NCBI GenBank assembly: GCA_017134395.1
Contig: CP070993.1
Coordinates: 189,656-253,655 of the forward strand
Length of the DNA stretch: 64,000 bases
DNA from: Candidatus Kaiserbacteria bacterium
Lineage (GTDB): Bacteria > Patescibacteriota > Minisyncoccia > Phycocordibacterales > UBA2100
Reading direction: 5' to 3'
The translations under genes were made by a program, and so were the position numbers. This document shows positions 28,099 to 38,795 of this stretch, in pieces (within the stretch, counting starts at the first letter, position 1; each line of letters starts with the position of its first letter). The notes below the pieces were generated by a model that worked only from the letters and a program-made list of their open reading frames with translations, was not told where the DNA came from and did no database searches.

Positions 28099-28146
28099 CT
28101 CACTATACACAACTAAAAGCTCCAACTACACGGTATAATACAAAAC

Positions 28147-28869
28147 ATGGCATCGGTATTTACACTAGAAGTGGGGGAATTTAAAGGACCACTCGAACTT
28201 CTTCTTGATCTTATTGAACGACGAAAACTTGAGGTTAGTGACATTTCTCTTTCGACAGTTGCAGATGAGTATGTCGAATATATAGAAGACAGGTCCCACA
28301 TACCTCTTTCTGAAACAGCACAATTTGTAGTTATCGCATCGACATTACTTCTTATAAAATCGAGAGCCCTATTACCTTCACTAGCACTTACTACTGATGA
28401 GGAAGAAGATATACGTGATCTTGAGCACAGATTAAAGCTTTATGCCCATGCACGCCACGCTGCAAAATTACTACGAGCGCACTGGGGTAAAAGCGCGTAC
28501 TTACCAAAAAATCCGCAAAAGAGTGAGGTTATTTTTGCGCCAGCAAATGACATCACCGAGTCGAACATACTTCTGGCATTAAAGAAAGTAATGGAAGCTA
28601 TTCCAACTTTTACAAAAGCTCCTATTGCTCAAATAGCACGCGAAATTAGACTTGAAGATATTATAGATAGCCTTACTACACGTATGCAGTCAGCTTTTAC
28701 TGACTCTTTCAAAAACCTAACATCTAAAGCTGACAGAGTAGAATCTATTGTTCATTTTCTGGCACTCTTAGAATTGGTAAAACGCGGTACACTAGGAGCA
28801 CAGCAACAAGGAAATTTTTCAGACATAACAATGAACCACGAAGATGTAGACACACCACACTATGGATAA
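28147..28869 (+). CDS. scpA: segregation and condensation protein A
   Basis: N-terminus FKGPLELLLDLIERRKLEVSDISLSTVADEY is canonical ScpA. Confidence 0.85.
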   Translation: MASVFTLEVGEFKGPLELLLDLIERRKLEVSDISLSTVADEYVEYIEDRSHIPLSETAQFVVIASTLLLIKSRALLPSLALTTDEEEDIRDLEHRLKLYAHARHAAKLLRAHWGKSAYLPKNPQKSEVIFAPANDITESNILLALKKVMEAIPTFTKAPIAQIAREIRLEDIIDSLTTRMQSAFTDSFKNLTSKADRVESIVHFLALLELVKRGTLGAQQQGNFSDITMNHEDVDTPHYG

Positions 28870-29419
28870 TACTATTCCTCACAAATTACAAGCTGTGCTT
28901 TATGCGCACGGTGGCGAAATGAAGAAAAGTCAAATACTGACTGTCCTCAGTATTAGTTCAAGTCATCTTATCGAGGCACAAAAAACGCTCCAAGAAATTA
29001 TTGCAGGGCAGGGGATAGAATTATTTGAGACTGACACCACGCTATCTCTGCGAACTGCAACACAGTATGTAGATTTTTTGAAGGAGCTGCGGCAAAAAGA
29101 TGATGAAAAAGACATCGGAACTGCAGCGCTTGAGGTGCTATCCATAGTTCTGTACAAGAACGGTACGTCTCGTAGTACAATTGATTATATTCGCGGGGTC
29201 AATTCAAGCGGTACACTGCGTCAGCTTGTTCTACGTGGACTGTTAGAGCGATCACGCAGTACGACAGATACACGGGCATGGGTTTACACTGCTACCCCCG
29301 AATTGCTTGCTCATATAGGAATTTCCTCATACCATGAGCTTCCTGAGTACTCAGAACTCTCGTCTGCACTAAACGAGCAAGAGCAGCTGGAAATTCAACA
29401 ATTACACGATGAACAATAA
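28862..29419 (+). CDS. scpB: segregation and condensation protein B
   Basis: Winged-helix ScpB motifs (ALEVLSIVLYKNGTSRSTIDYIRGVNSSGTLRQLVLRGLLE). Overlaps the scpA stop. Confidence 0.85.
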   Translation: MDNTIPHKLQAVLYAHGGEMKKSQILTVLSISSSHLIEAQKTLQEIIAGQGIELFETDTTLSLRTATQYVDFLKELRQKDDEKDIGTAALEVLSIVLYKNGTSRSTIDYIRGVNSSGTLRQLVLRGLLERSRSTTDTRAWVYTATPELLAHIGISSYHELPEYSELSSALNEQEQLEIQQLHDEQ

Positions 29420-30326
29420 TTCAAATGCATTCTTAAGATATATGGCGCTATTTTCACTTATAGGTGGGGTGGGACTAATAGCAAGTTCACTAAATATTTT
29501 CTTTACCCAAGCAGCAGCAACACAGCAAGCTTCAGTAGTGCTAGCAGTAGAACAACCATATGATTTCTCTGACACTACTGTCATGGCAAAGAGTGCGTAT
29601 GTTTTTGATATAAACGAAGGAAAGGCACTTTTCAAAAAAAATGCAGAAGCTCAGTTACCATTAGCGTCAATCGCAAAAATTCCTGTTGCACTATTGGCTA
29701 AAAAATATCTTGATCCAGAAGAAATGATTACGATTACTCCATATGCGCTGACACCAGAAGGCGACTGGGGATTTACAATAGGTGATTCATGGAGAGTACG
29801 TGATCTGATTGATTACACACTGATGACATCATCTAATGATGGCGCAGCAGCTCTTGCTGAAAGTATTGAAATAGAAACAGGGAAGAAAATAGTGACGCTG
29901 CTAGACGAACAAGTAAGCGAAATTGGATTACAACAAACGTACTTCCTTAATGAAACAGGTTTAGATAGCAGCATTGCATTCAGTGGTGCGTATGGGTCAG
30001 CACAAGATATAGGAGCACTCTTTGCTCATGCGTATGCTGTTGCACCCGATACACTCATGGCCACTGCAATCTCAGAACGTACGTATTACAGTGCAGAAGG
30101 GTTGGAGTACGAAGCAAAAAATACAAATAAGGCAATTGGGCAGCTTCCTGGTCTTGTCTTCGGAAAAACTGGTTTTACTGATTTAGCTGGGGGTAATCTT
30201 GCTGTTGTTACTGAATCAGAACCAGGACATCCTTTTGTAATTGTTGTGTTAGGCTCAACGCTCGAAGAGCGCTTCAATGATGTTGTGAAATTAACACGCG
30301 CAACACTGCGCACCCCTGCTAAATGA
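29409..30326 (+). CDS. D-alanyl-D-alanine carboxypeptidase (S11, PBP5-like)
   Basis: SxxK (ASIAKI), SxN (SSND) and KTG (KTGFT) motifs. N-terminal signal anchor. Confidence 0.85.
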   Translation: MNNNSNAFLRYMALFSLIGGVGLIASSLNIFFTQAAATQQASVVLAVEQPYDFSDTTVMAKSAYVFDINEGKALFKKNAEAQLPLASIAKIPVALLAKKYLDPEEMITITPYALTPEGDWGFTIGDSWRVRDLIDYTLMTSSNDGAAALAESIEIETGKKIVTLLDEQVSEIGLQQTYFLNETGLDSSIAFSGAYGSAQDIGALFAHAYAVAPDTLMATAISERTYYSAEGLEYEAKNTNKAIGQLPGLVFGKTGFTDLAGGNLAVVTESEPGHPFVIVVLGSTLEERFNDVVKLTRATLRTPAK

Positions 30327-30327
30327 T

Positions 30328-31389
30328 ATGGAACTTCTAAACATTATTAAGATAATTACTCCAACACTTGTAGCCTTTACAATTGGAATTCTTATTACAC
30401 CTTTGCTAACAAAGCAGTTATATCGACACGGTGCCTGGAAGAAGAAGCCTGGCAAGCAAACACTAGAAGGAACGGAAGCAATTGAATTTAATAAGCTCCA
30501 CAAAGAACGAGAACGTGAAGTACCACGTATGGGAGGTATTATTATTTGGATGAGTGCACTTATAACCATCTTCGGATTTTGGTTTGTTTCGTTCATCTGG
30601 CCATCAGCAGAAACTATAAAAATGGACTTCCTCAGTCGTGCACAAACATGGATACCACTATTTGCACTTGGTACCGGTGCGTTAGTAGGTCTTCTGAATG
30701 ATATATTGGACATCTATTTCAATGGTAATGGCCTTTCTCTAAGGCGGCGCCTTACAGTGGTAATTGGAGTCGCACTCTTCATTGGTTGGTGGTTTTATGA
30801 AAAATTGGAAATTATATCTGTGGGAGTACCTTTTGGTGAACCTATCGAGATTGGATGGTTGATTATTCCATTCTTCGTCCTGGTGACTTTGGCAATCTAT
30901 GCAAGTGGTATTATCGACGGTATCGACGGATTAGCAGGGGGGGTGTTTGCTATGATTTTTACCGCGTATTCAGTCATCGCACTAGCACAAAACCAAATCG
31001 ATCTTGCGGCATTTTCTGCGATGCTTGTTGGAGCAATCTTGGCATTTTTATGGTTTAACATACCACCGGCTCGTTTCTTTATGACAGAAACAGGAACCAT
31101 GGCTCTCACTCTTACGCTCGCTACGGTAGCCTTTATGACAGATACGTTAGGTGATGGTATAGGTATTGCCGTTCTCCCAGTGATTGGCTTCCTACTCGTT
31201 GCTACTGTTGCAAGTGTGATTCTTCAGGAATTCTCAAAAAAGGTTTGGAAACGAAAACTCTTTAGAGTTGCCCCCCTACACCACCATTTTGAAGCATTAG
31301 GATGGCCAAGTACAAAAGTCGCTATGCGGTACTGGGTACTGGGTGCAGTCTTTGGTTTTTTTGGTGTCGTCTTAGCACTCATCGGATAG
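30328..31389 (+). CDS. mraY: phospho-N-acetylmuramoyl-pentapeptide transferase
   Basis: Polytopic membrane protein with the DGIDGLAGG motif. Confidence 0.9.
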   Translation: MELLNIIKIITPTLVAFTIGILITPLLTKQLYRHGAWKKKPGKQTLEGTEAIEFNKLHKEREREVPRMGGIIIWMSALITIFGFWFVSFIWPSAETIKMDFLSRAQTWIPLFALGTGALVGLLNDILDIYFNGNGLSLRRRLTVVIGVALFIGWWFYEKLEIISVGVPFGEPIEIGWLIIPFFVLVTLAIYASGIIDGIDGLAGGVFAMIFTAYSVIALAQNQIDLAAFSAMLVGAILAFLWFNIPPARFFMTETGTMALTLTLATVAFMTDTLGDGIGIAVLPVIGFLLVATVASVILQEFSKKVWKRKLFRVAPLHHHFEALGWPSTKVAMRYWVLGAVFGFFGVVLALIG

Positions 31390-31393
31390 GGTT

Positions 31394-32497
31394 ATGCGCG
31401 GCGTCGGAAACAAAATAGACCGACCACTTCTTATAATTATTGCGCTACTTGTATTTGTAGGATTCTTTTTGTTTTCCTCTGCCTCTCTTGGTCTTCTTGC
31501 TCGCGAAGGCGCGCGTTTCTCTTCTGTCGCCTTCAGTCAGCTCGTGCTTGGAATCGGACTTGGATCAGTTGCTCTTTTTATTGTAAGTCGCATTCATTAT
31601 CGATTTCTTAAACAGTATTCAATTTACTTCTTCATTTTCGCCTTAATCCTTACATTGCTTGTTTTTGTACCATCTTTTGGGTTCTCCTCAGGTGGTGCAA
31701 CACGATGGATATCTCTTTTTGGCTTAGTATCTATACAACCAGCAGAAATACTTAAGATTGCTACAATACTCTACCTTGCAACTTATCTTGCAAATATGCG
31801 CGGTAAACTCAGTTCATTTAAAACCGGTCTTATTCCGTTTGCACTTATACTTCTTGTTCCAGCTATCGTCCTTCTTCTTCAACCAGATACGAGCACACTT
31901 GTAGTAATAGCAGCTGCAGCGGTTGGCATGTTTTTTGCTGCCGGTGCTAAATGGCGAGATATTGGAATCCTCATACTTGTCGCCATACTTGCTCTTGGTG
32001 TCCTTGTTACAGCCCGTCCGTATGTGCTCGATCGTATCACTACCTTCATGCATCCAGCACAAGACCAACTCGGGTCTGGTTACCAAATAAAGCAATCTCT
32101 TATTGCTGTTGGTTCTGGAAAAATTGCCGGCCGTGGTTTTGGCCAAAGCGTTCAAAAGTTTGGCTATCTGCCTGAACCAACAGGGGACTCAGTGTTTGCA
32201 GTTGCAGCAGAAGAGTTTGGTTTCATTGGTGCAGTTTTAATACTCGGGCTCTTTGTTGCGCTTGTTATTCGCGCACTATGGGTTGCCGTCCGTGCACCTG
32301 ATTATTTTGGAGGTTTAGTGGTTATAGGGCTTACGCTTCTTATTAGTACACAAGCGCTTATAAACATAGCTTCTATGCTTGGTGTAATACCTCTTACTGG
32401 CTTACCTTTGCCATTTATTAGCCACGGCGGAACAGCCATGCTCGTTATGCTCGCAAGCATGGGAGTAATCTTGAATGTTTCGAAATATGCAAAATAA
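31394..32497 (+). CDS. ftsW: SEDS family peptidoglycan glycosyltransferase FtsW/RodA
   Basis: 10-TM SEDS architecture. Sits between mraY and murG. Confidence 0.85.
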   Translation: MRGVGNKIDRPLLIIIALLVFVGFFLFSSASLGLLAREGARFSSVAFSQLVLGIGLGSVALFIVSRIHYRFLKQYSIYFFIFALILTLLVFVPSFGFSSGGATRWISLFGLVSIQPAEILKIATILYLATYLANMRGKLSSFKTGLIPFALILLVPAIVLLLQPDTSTLVVIAAAAVGMFFAAGAKWRDIGILILVAILALGVLVTARPYVLDRITTFMHPAQDQLGSGYQIKQSLIAVGSGKIAGRGFGQSVQKFGYLPEPTGDSVFAVAAEEFGFIGAVLILGLFVALVIRALWVAVRAPDYFGGLVVIGLTLLISTQALINIASMLGVIPLTGLPLPFISHGGTAMLVMLASMGVILNVSKYAK

Positions 32498-32536
32498 ACC
32501 CTTTGTTAGTGGCCTTCGTGCGGTTATACTAGTGGA

Positions 32537-33676
32537 ATGAAAATCGTTTTTACAGGTGGCGGCACGGGAGGACACTTCTATCCCATTATTGCTGTAGCAG
32601 AAGAAATACACGAAATTGTACAAGACGAAAAGCTCCTCAGTCCTGAACTGTACTATATTGGTCCGAGTGTCTTGGATTATGAAGCCCTTGCTGAACAAAA
32701 TATTACCTGGAAGAAAACGAGTGCTGGTAAAATGCGGCGCTACTTTTCAATACGAAATGCTTTCGACTTAATTAAAGTAACCGTGGGTGTAGTTCAATCA
32801 GTAATACAATTGTTCTTCCTATATCCTGACGTTGTATTCAGCAAAGGTGGCTATGCTGCTTTTCCAACTACGTTTGCTGCACGTATTCTTCGTATACCTG
32901 TGATAGTTCATGAATCAGATGCACATCCAGGTAGGGCAAATGTTATTGCCTCAAAATGGGCTCGAGCAGTCGCCATTTCTTTCCCGGGAGTTTCTGAGTA
33001 TTTCCCTGGAACTGACAGATCTAAATTCGCACTTGTTGGAAATCCAATTCGCCGCGTTCTCTTCAAACCAGCTCGTGAAGGAGCCCATTCATATCTAAAT
33101 CTAAAAGATGACATACCAACACTTCTGATACTTGGTGGCTCACAAGGAGCTCAGACAATCAACTCCGTGGTTCTTGATGCACTACCACAATTACTAGAAA
33201 AGTATCAGGTAATCCACCAAACAGGGAAAGACAACATCGAACATGTACGTGGTATTGCAAGCGTTTCTCTGCGTGATAATCCAAACAAAGATCGATATCG
33301 TCCATTTGGCTTCTTGAACACACTTGCAATGCGTATGGCAGCAGGTATTACCTCTGTTGTTGTAGCTCGGGCTGGAGCTGGAAGTATATTTGAAACTGCA
33401 GCGTGGGGAATTCCTGCAATAATCATTCCATTACCGGAAGATATATCTCATGACCAAACAAAAAATGCATTCGCGTATGCTCGCGAAGGAGCTGCTACTG
33501 TTATGAAACAGAAAAATCTCTCAAAGAACCTACTTATTGCTGAAATCGATCGAATTATGGAAAGTCCTGAGATCCAAGCAGATATGACCGATGCTGCAAA
33601 ACGCTTTGCACAACCAGAGGCTGCAAAGAAGATAGCCCGAATGATTATAAATACCGCACTAAAGCACGAAGAATAG
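32537..33676 (+). CDS. murG: UDP-N-acetylglucosamine--N-acetylmuramyl-(pentapeptide) pyrophosphoryl-undecaprenol GlcNAc transferase
   Basis: Motif MKIVFTGGGTGGHFYP. GT28 family. Confidence 0.9.
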   Translation: MKIVFTGGGTGGHFYPIIAVAEEIHEIVQDEKLLSPELYYIGPSVLDYEALAEQNITWKKTSAGKMRRYFSIRNAFDLIKVTVGVVQSVIQLFFLYPDVVFSKGGYAAFPTTFAARILRIPVIVHESDAHPGRANVIASKWARAVAISFPGVSEYFPGTDRSKFALVGNPIRRVLFKPAREGAHSYLNLKDDIPTLLILGGSQGAQTINSVVLDALPQLLEKYQVIHQTGKDNIEHVRGIASVSLRDNPNKDRYRPFGFLNTLAMRMAAGITSVVVARAGAGSIFETAAWGIPAIIIPLPEDISHDQTKNAFAYAREGAATVMKQKNLSKNLLIAEIDRIMESPEIQADMTDAAKRFAQPEAAKKIARMIINTALKHEE

Positions 33677-33678
33677 AT

Positions 33679-35013
33679 ATGTCAGAAAAAATAATAGTTC
33701 GCTTTCCGCCATCCCCAACTGGAAGTCTTCACATCGGAAACATCCGTACACTTCTTTTTAATTATCTCTTCGCACGACAAAGTGGTGGGGAAGTTGTAAT
33801 GAGGTTTGAAGATACAGACAGAGAGAGAAGCGGTATTGAGCACGAAGCGCTAGCACTCGAGGCACTTAGTGAACTCGGATTAGACTTCGACAAAGGTCCG
33901 TTCCGTCAATCTGAACGAACTCAAAAGTACGTAGACGCACTACAAGCAATGGTCGAAAAAGACCTCGCCTACGTTGCAGAAGAATCAGAAGGGGAGGCAG
34001 GGAAGCATGTCATTCGTTTCCGCAACCCGAATAAGAAAATCACTTTCAACGATTTAGTACGAGGAGAAATAACTATCGACACAACGGACTTTGGTGACTT
34101 TGTGATTGCTCGTTCCGAAACAAATCCTATTTACCATCTCACAGTAGTAGTAGATGATTTAGAGATGGGCATTACTCACGTGATTCGCGGAGAAGATCAC
34201 ATAACTTCAACCCCACGCCAAATTCTTCTCATTGAAGCTCTCGGTGGAACAATACCAACATACGCCCACCTTCCACTTATCATCGGGGACGATAAAAAGA
34301 AACTGGGAAAAAGACATGGTGCGGTAACATATCAAGAATTTCGCGATCTTGGTTACATACCCGCTGGAATTCTTAACTACCTCGCACTATTAGGGTGGAA
34401 CCCTGGAGATGACCGTGAGTTTTTTACCAAAGAAGAACTCATAAAAGAATTTTCCCTTGAACGCGTAAACAATTCTCCTGCGTCGTTCTCGTACGAAAAA
34501 TTTGATTCTGTAAACAAACACCACCTATTAGAACTGCCAACAGAAGAATACAAAGCATATGTAAGTGCATTCCTTGCGGCACATGCTGACGGTTCAAAAA
34601 TAGCAGGACATCCTAATTTCGATGAAATAGTAGAGAGTATATTACGTGAGCGGGTGCACAAATTTTCAGATATTACTACCATGCTTAATGAAGGAGAGTT
34701 TAACTGGATTATTAATCAACCAGTAGTAAAAGCAGAAGATATTCTCTGGAAAGAGACTCCCGCTGAAACTATCAAAAAGCACCTAGAATATGCCTACAAA
34801 ACGCTTGAAAATGCCTCAAAATGGACTCCTGAGAGCATCAAGGAACAATTATGGTCCTATGCTGAGGAACAGGGAAAAGGAGAGGTTTTATGGCCTTTAC
34901 GGTTCTCGCTAACCGGTCAAAAAAAGTCACCCGACCCATTTACTGTAGCTTATATTCTTGGAAAGGAAGAGGTTCTTAATCGTCTACAAAATGGCATACA
35001 GTTGTTAGAATAA
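33679..35013 (+). CDS. gltX: glutamyl-tRNA synthetase
   Basis: RFPPSPTGSLHIGNIRT HIGH region and a KLGKRHG KMSKS-like motif. Confidence 0.9.
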   Translation: MSEKIIVRFPPSPTGSLHIGNIRTLLFNYLFARQSGGEVVMRFEDTDRERSGIEHEALALEALSELGLDFDKGPFRQSERTQKYVDALQAMVEKDLAYVAEESEGEAGKHVIRFRNPNKKITFNDLVRGEITIDTTDFGDFVIARSETNPIYHLTVVVDDLEMGITHVIRGEDHITSTPRQILLIEALGGTIPTYAHLPLIIGDDKKKLGKRHGAVTYQEFRDLGYIPAGILNYLALLGWNPGDDREFFTKEELIKEFSLERVNNSPASFSYEKFDSVNKHHLLELPTEEYKAYVSAFLAAHADGSKIAGHPNFDEIVESILRERVHKFSDITTMLNEGEFNWIINQPVVKAEDILWKETPAETIKKHLEYAYKTLENASKWTPESIKEQLWSYAEEQGKGEVLWPLRFSLTGQKKSPDPFTVAYILGKEEVLNRLQNGIQLLE

Positions 35014-35019
35014 TTATCT

Positions 35020-36297
35020 ATGATTCTTTCCATTCGAAGTTTATTTGTTGGATTTTTAATCGCCACACTATGGGTACCAGTCTTTAGTGATGCCCAAAAT
35101 GCAGACGATCTTCGAGACAAGATAAACGAACAACAAAGCGAAATCGCTGAAATTGAAACAGAAATCAAAAAGTACGAGCAGCAACTGACTGAAATAGGAA
35201 GAGAGAAACAGACACTTGAAAGTGCCGTTAAAGAACTTGATGTCTCTCGCCAAAAAGTGAGTGCAAGTGTTTCTCTCGCACAGCGTCAAATTAACGCAAC
35301 AAATTCTAGCATCAGTGAACTTTCAGATGATATCGATGCGAAAGAAATACTCATAGGCCAAAATCAGGACGCGTTGGCTGAAACACTTCGCCGGATACAC
35401 GAAACCGAGTCTGGTTCATTCGTTGAGGTAATCCTCGGAAGCGACGATATTTCAAACCTCTGGAATGACCTAGATAGTATCCAGCAATTCCAAATTGTCG
35501 TACGAAACGAAGTGGAAATTCTTGCGGAACAAAAAACACAACTTGAAGACGTTAAAACAAAAAAAGAAATAGAACAAGGTATTCTTGTTGAGCACAAAAC
35601 AGAATTGTCTACACAAAAACGCTCCTTGGATATTAACCGCCAAGCAAAAAACAACCTTCTTAAAGAAACTCAAAGTCGCGAATCTACCTACCAAGAACTC
35701 ATAGCAATTAAACGACAGGCTAAAGAAGAGTTCGAAGCTCAACTGCGAAGTTTTGAAGCTGAATTACAATACATTTTGGATCCGACAACAATCCCACCAG
35801 CAGGGAAGGGTGTGCTCAGTTGGCCTCTTTCAAATGTAACCATTACACAGAATTTCGGAAACACGAAGTTTGCAAGCTCTGGTGCATACAACGGGAGTGG
35901 CCATAACGGGGTAGATTTTCGTGCAGCAATTGGTACACCAGTAAAAGCCACCCTCTCAGGAAACGTAAAAGCAACAGGGAACACAGATGCGTTCAGAGGA
36001 TGTTATTCCTACGGTAAGTGGATACTTATTGAGCACGTAAATGGTCTTGCAACGCTCTATGCTCACTTATCTGATATAAACGTAAGTCCAGGAGAAGCTG
36101 TTGGTACTGGAAAAGTTATTGGCTACTCAGGTAACACAGGATTCTCGACCGGCCCTCATCTTCACTTTACTGTGTACGCCAGTGACGCTGTACAAGTCGT
36201 ACGACTTGGCGACGTTAAATCAAGAACAAACTGCGCAGATGCAAAAATTCCAGTAGCATCATGGAGTGGATATCTTAACCCTCTCGATTATCTTTAG
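35020..36297 (+). CDS. M23 family peptidoglycan metalloendopeptidase with an N-terminal coiled coil (EnvC-like)
   Basis: Signal anchor, long coiled-coil, then HNGVD (HxxxD) and GPHLHF (HxH) M23 motifs. Confidence 0.85.
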   Translation: MILSIRSLFVGFLIATLWVPVFSDAQNADDLRDKINEQQSEIAEIETEIKKYEQQLTEIGREKQTLESAVKELDVSRQKVSASVSLAQRQINATNSSISELSDDIDAKEILIGQNQDALAETLRRIHETESGSFVEVILGSDDISNLWNDLDSIQQFQIVVRNEVEILAEQKTQLEDVKTKKEIEQGILVEHKTELSTQKRSLDINRQAKNNLLKETQSRESTYQELIAIKRQAKEEFEAQLRSFEAELQYILDPTTIPPAGKGVLSWPLSNVTITQNFGNTKFASSGAYNGSGHNGVDFRAAIGTPVKATLSGNVKATGNTDAFRGCYSYGKWILIEHVNGLATLYAHLSDINVSPGEAVGTGKVIGYSGNTGFSTGPHLHFTVYASDAVQVVRLGDVKSRTNCADAKIPVASWSGYLNPLDYL

Positions 36298-36896
36298 TAC
36301 GATTTCTAGCAGATAAGTTCTTCAGACACTTTGCGGCGGAATTAGTTTCCTATCCTAGGTTTCTCTGCATACAATGCATCATAAGGAAGTGATGTCGCAC
36401 AATTTTTGGGAGGCAGAAGAGCTCCAAGACAGGCGATAGAGGTATCAAAGTGTACCAAAAGTTTACACGAAGGTTTCAGGGAGTTTCATCCTGATATAGA
36501 GACAGCTTTATAGATAGAAAAATATGCGAATCCGAACAAAAAATTTTGAAAATAAAAAATAGTAAAAGTATAAAAACGAACGTAAAACAAAAGAGTGCAA
36601 AAGAAGTAACAATAGTCGTCGAAAGCGATGGATTAAACCTAATCCGCACATCCGCATCACTACAGCCATTCTTACATTGCGTGATGTCGCAAAAGATATA
36701 TTGTAGGGCGTATAACACTTCTTTCCCGTCACTCTCCTGTTAAAGGAAGACTAGGAAGAAAACATTATATGCTCTACATTTAAGTAGAGTAAATAATGAA
36801 GTATAAACGTCCCACAACCCGACCGAATCCTGTTTCTCATTTTGATGAGGTGTCTGATATCGTGCCTACTGAAAAAGGGGTGTCCTCTACCCTGTC

Positions 36897-37664
36897 TCAA
36901 ATACCTACTGCAAATTTTTGAATAATTCTTTCTGCCTCTATGCGGCCTGTATCCATCAACATGCACTCGCCTTCTCTATATGTAATCAAACGTGTCTTAT
37001 GCAACTTTTCAGTAAGCACCTCTTTCTTAAACCGATGTTCATTTTTATATTCAATTGATTCAAACAACTCAACATCTAGTTGTTCATCTTTATAAAAAAG
37101 CAATACCAGCACCTCTTCCTCTGTCTTCAACCCAGTGTATTGCACCCTAACTAGCGACCCATTTTTCCAAAGCAGTGGAATTTGCCGCTCTGTGATTTGA
37201 TTAACAATTTGTTGAGTATCTTCAATTGATAAATTTGATTTTAATCGAACTATCTCAGATAAGACCCATTTTATAGAATACAGAATCAGCGTAGAGTCCA
37301 TTTCATTTGCTGAAACTAACCCAGGAACATGTCCTACGCCGCGCTTATTGCGAATATTATAGACGCTCCACAAAATCCTTGGGATAAATTGCCTGAACGC
37401 AATATCCCCTGATGCGTCTTGATAACGCTTTATTTCCCTCTCATCAAATCGTATTAGAGACTGAGAAAATGGTGTTCGCTTAAGATTAAGCTCTATCTCA
37501 ATAATTCTGCGTACTACTTCAACAAAGTGACCTGCATCAAGTTCAGACGGCTTCCATTTTCTAATAGCAAAACTGTTTTCAACCTCTGTGTAAGACTGTA
37601 TTAATTTATCAGCAATATCGTTTCCATATGCTGACTGCAAAAATTTATGAACTATCGGATTCAT
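36897..37664 (-). CDS. hypothetical protein with a candidate HEPN-like Rx6H motif (RNKRGVGH); distal gene of a two-gene operon
   Basis: 255 aa. No family recognised beyond the R-x6-H spacing. Overlaps the upstream gene by 20 nt. Sits in an AT-rich accessory region. Confidence 0.35.
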   Translation of the reverse strand: MNPIVHKFLQSAYGNDIADKLIQSYTEVENSFAIRKWKPSELDAGHFVEVVRRIIEIELNLKRTPFSQSLIRFDEREIKRYQDASGDIAFRQFIPRILWSVYNIRNKRGVGHVPGLVSANEMDSTLILYSIKWVLSEIVRLKSNLSIEDTQQIVNQITERQIPLLWKNGSLVRVQYTGLKTEEEVLVLLFYKDEQLDVELFESIEYKNEHRFKKEVLTEKLHKTRLITYREGECMLMDTGRIEAERIIQKFAVGI

Positions 37665-38214
37665 CGTTTGAACGAATGGACTTGATTAATTTTACCGCCT
37701 CCTTTTTTCCTGGGTTTGAAAGAGCGGCAACCTGATCCTTTCCCTTTCCTGAAATAGTTATCAGCTTTGGCTGGCTTTTAAGGTGTGCAGCAAAATTCTT
37801 TTTATGAAGGCATCCCTGTTTTTCACACTGAGATCTAATTTTCGACGTTGAGTCTTTTGTTTCGTCACCACCAGTGAGTTTTTCAAGTAAATATAAGTAT
37901 ATTAATGCTGCTTCTTGTGTATTTTTCTTATCATTGTTTTTATGTTGAAGGTCATAAACTAGCCTAATCTCACCATCTACCAACTGGGCGATATCCTCAA
38001 AATCATCGTCTCCTATATGCTCATCGGCGATATCATCCTTATGATTGTCCTTATCTGGAATGTTCTTTACTTTTTTTGTTTTAACCTGCCCAATCGTGTT
38101 ACGAATCTCTTTATCAAAAGACTCTATCATCTCCCTTACAAACTTCTCTGTCCCCATAACCTCAAATATTCCATCGTTGAGAGAGAAGACTGCGTGTGTT
38201 TTTTCCTTTTCCAT
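37645..38214 (-). CDS. hypothetical acidic/lysine-rich protein; proximal gene of the two-gene operon
   Basis: 189 aa with an acidic stretch (IADEHIGDDDFEDIAQLVDGE). No motif recognised. Translationally coupled to the downstream gene. Confidence 0.4.
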   Translation of the reverse strand: MEKEKTHAVFSLNDGIFEVMGTEKFVREMIESFDKEIRNTIGQVKTKKVKNIPDKDNHKDDIADEHIGDDDFEDIAQLVDGEIRLVYDLQHKNNDKKNTQEAALIYLYLLEKLTGGDETKDSTSKIRSQCEKQGCLHKKNFAAHLKSQPKLITISGKGKDQVAALSNPGKKEAVKLIKSIRSNDESDSS

Positions 38215-38311
38215 ATAAAGACATATTCCTACTGTTTAAGGACATTATCAAGTTCAATAGGTGCATAAGTCGTTTGATGTCTTTTTCTTGACCTAAACCT
38301 CTACAGTTTAT

Positions 38312-38330
38312 CTCCCCCCACCCCGCCGCA
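38312..38330 (+). repeat. copy 1 of a perfect 19-bp direct repeat, CTCCCCCCACCCCGCCGCA
   Basis: Identical to 41011-41029. The two copies bracket the DUF3800 and TM-protein genes. Confidence 0.8.
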
Positions 38331-38795
38331 TCCATTGAACACCACGGAACAATCTGATACATTTCTTGTACTGGTTGATGTGTACTGGCCACCACATCAC
38401 TTCCCGCAAGGGCGACACAGTCGGCTAACGCACAAGGTTTAGAGTGTGGGGATGCGCAACAATGATAGCGCTTGTAAAAACCGATCCCCACTATACTCTA
38501 CTCCTTGTGCGTTTTTTGATATCCATATAAAAACCCCCAGGAGGAATCATACGCGTCATCGAAACACACTAGATTCAACTCCCAGGGGTCAGTCCCTGCA
38601 CCTGGTCGCTATTATGCAAGAACTACGAGGGAGGTCCTACCAAAACCTATATCCCTCGCAGGTACATTTATACTTGAATGGTTAATGGTTTGCAATGTGT
38701 TTCCCTACCCTGTTGTGGTGTTTGGGTGAAGCTATCCCCATTCGCACATCCACCCTATTGCATTCCACCTACATCGAGGCGTAGTATGCGAGGAT

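Noticed and set aside
38446-38685. 79-aa ORF in the GC-rich block
   Set aside because: Arg/His-rich, no start context, and overlapped by other short ORFs. More likely non-coding.
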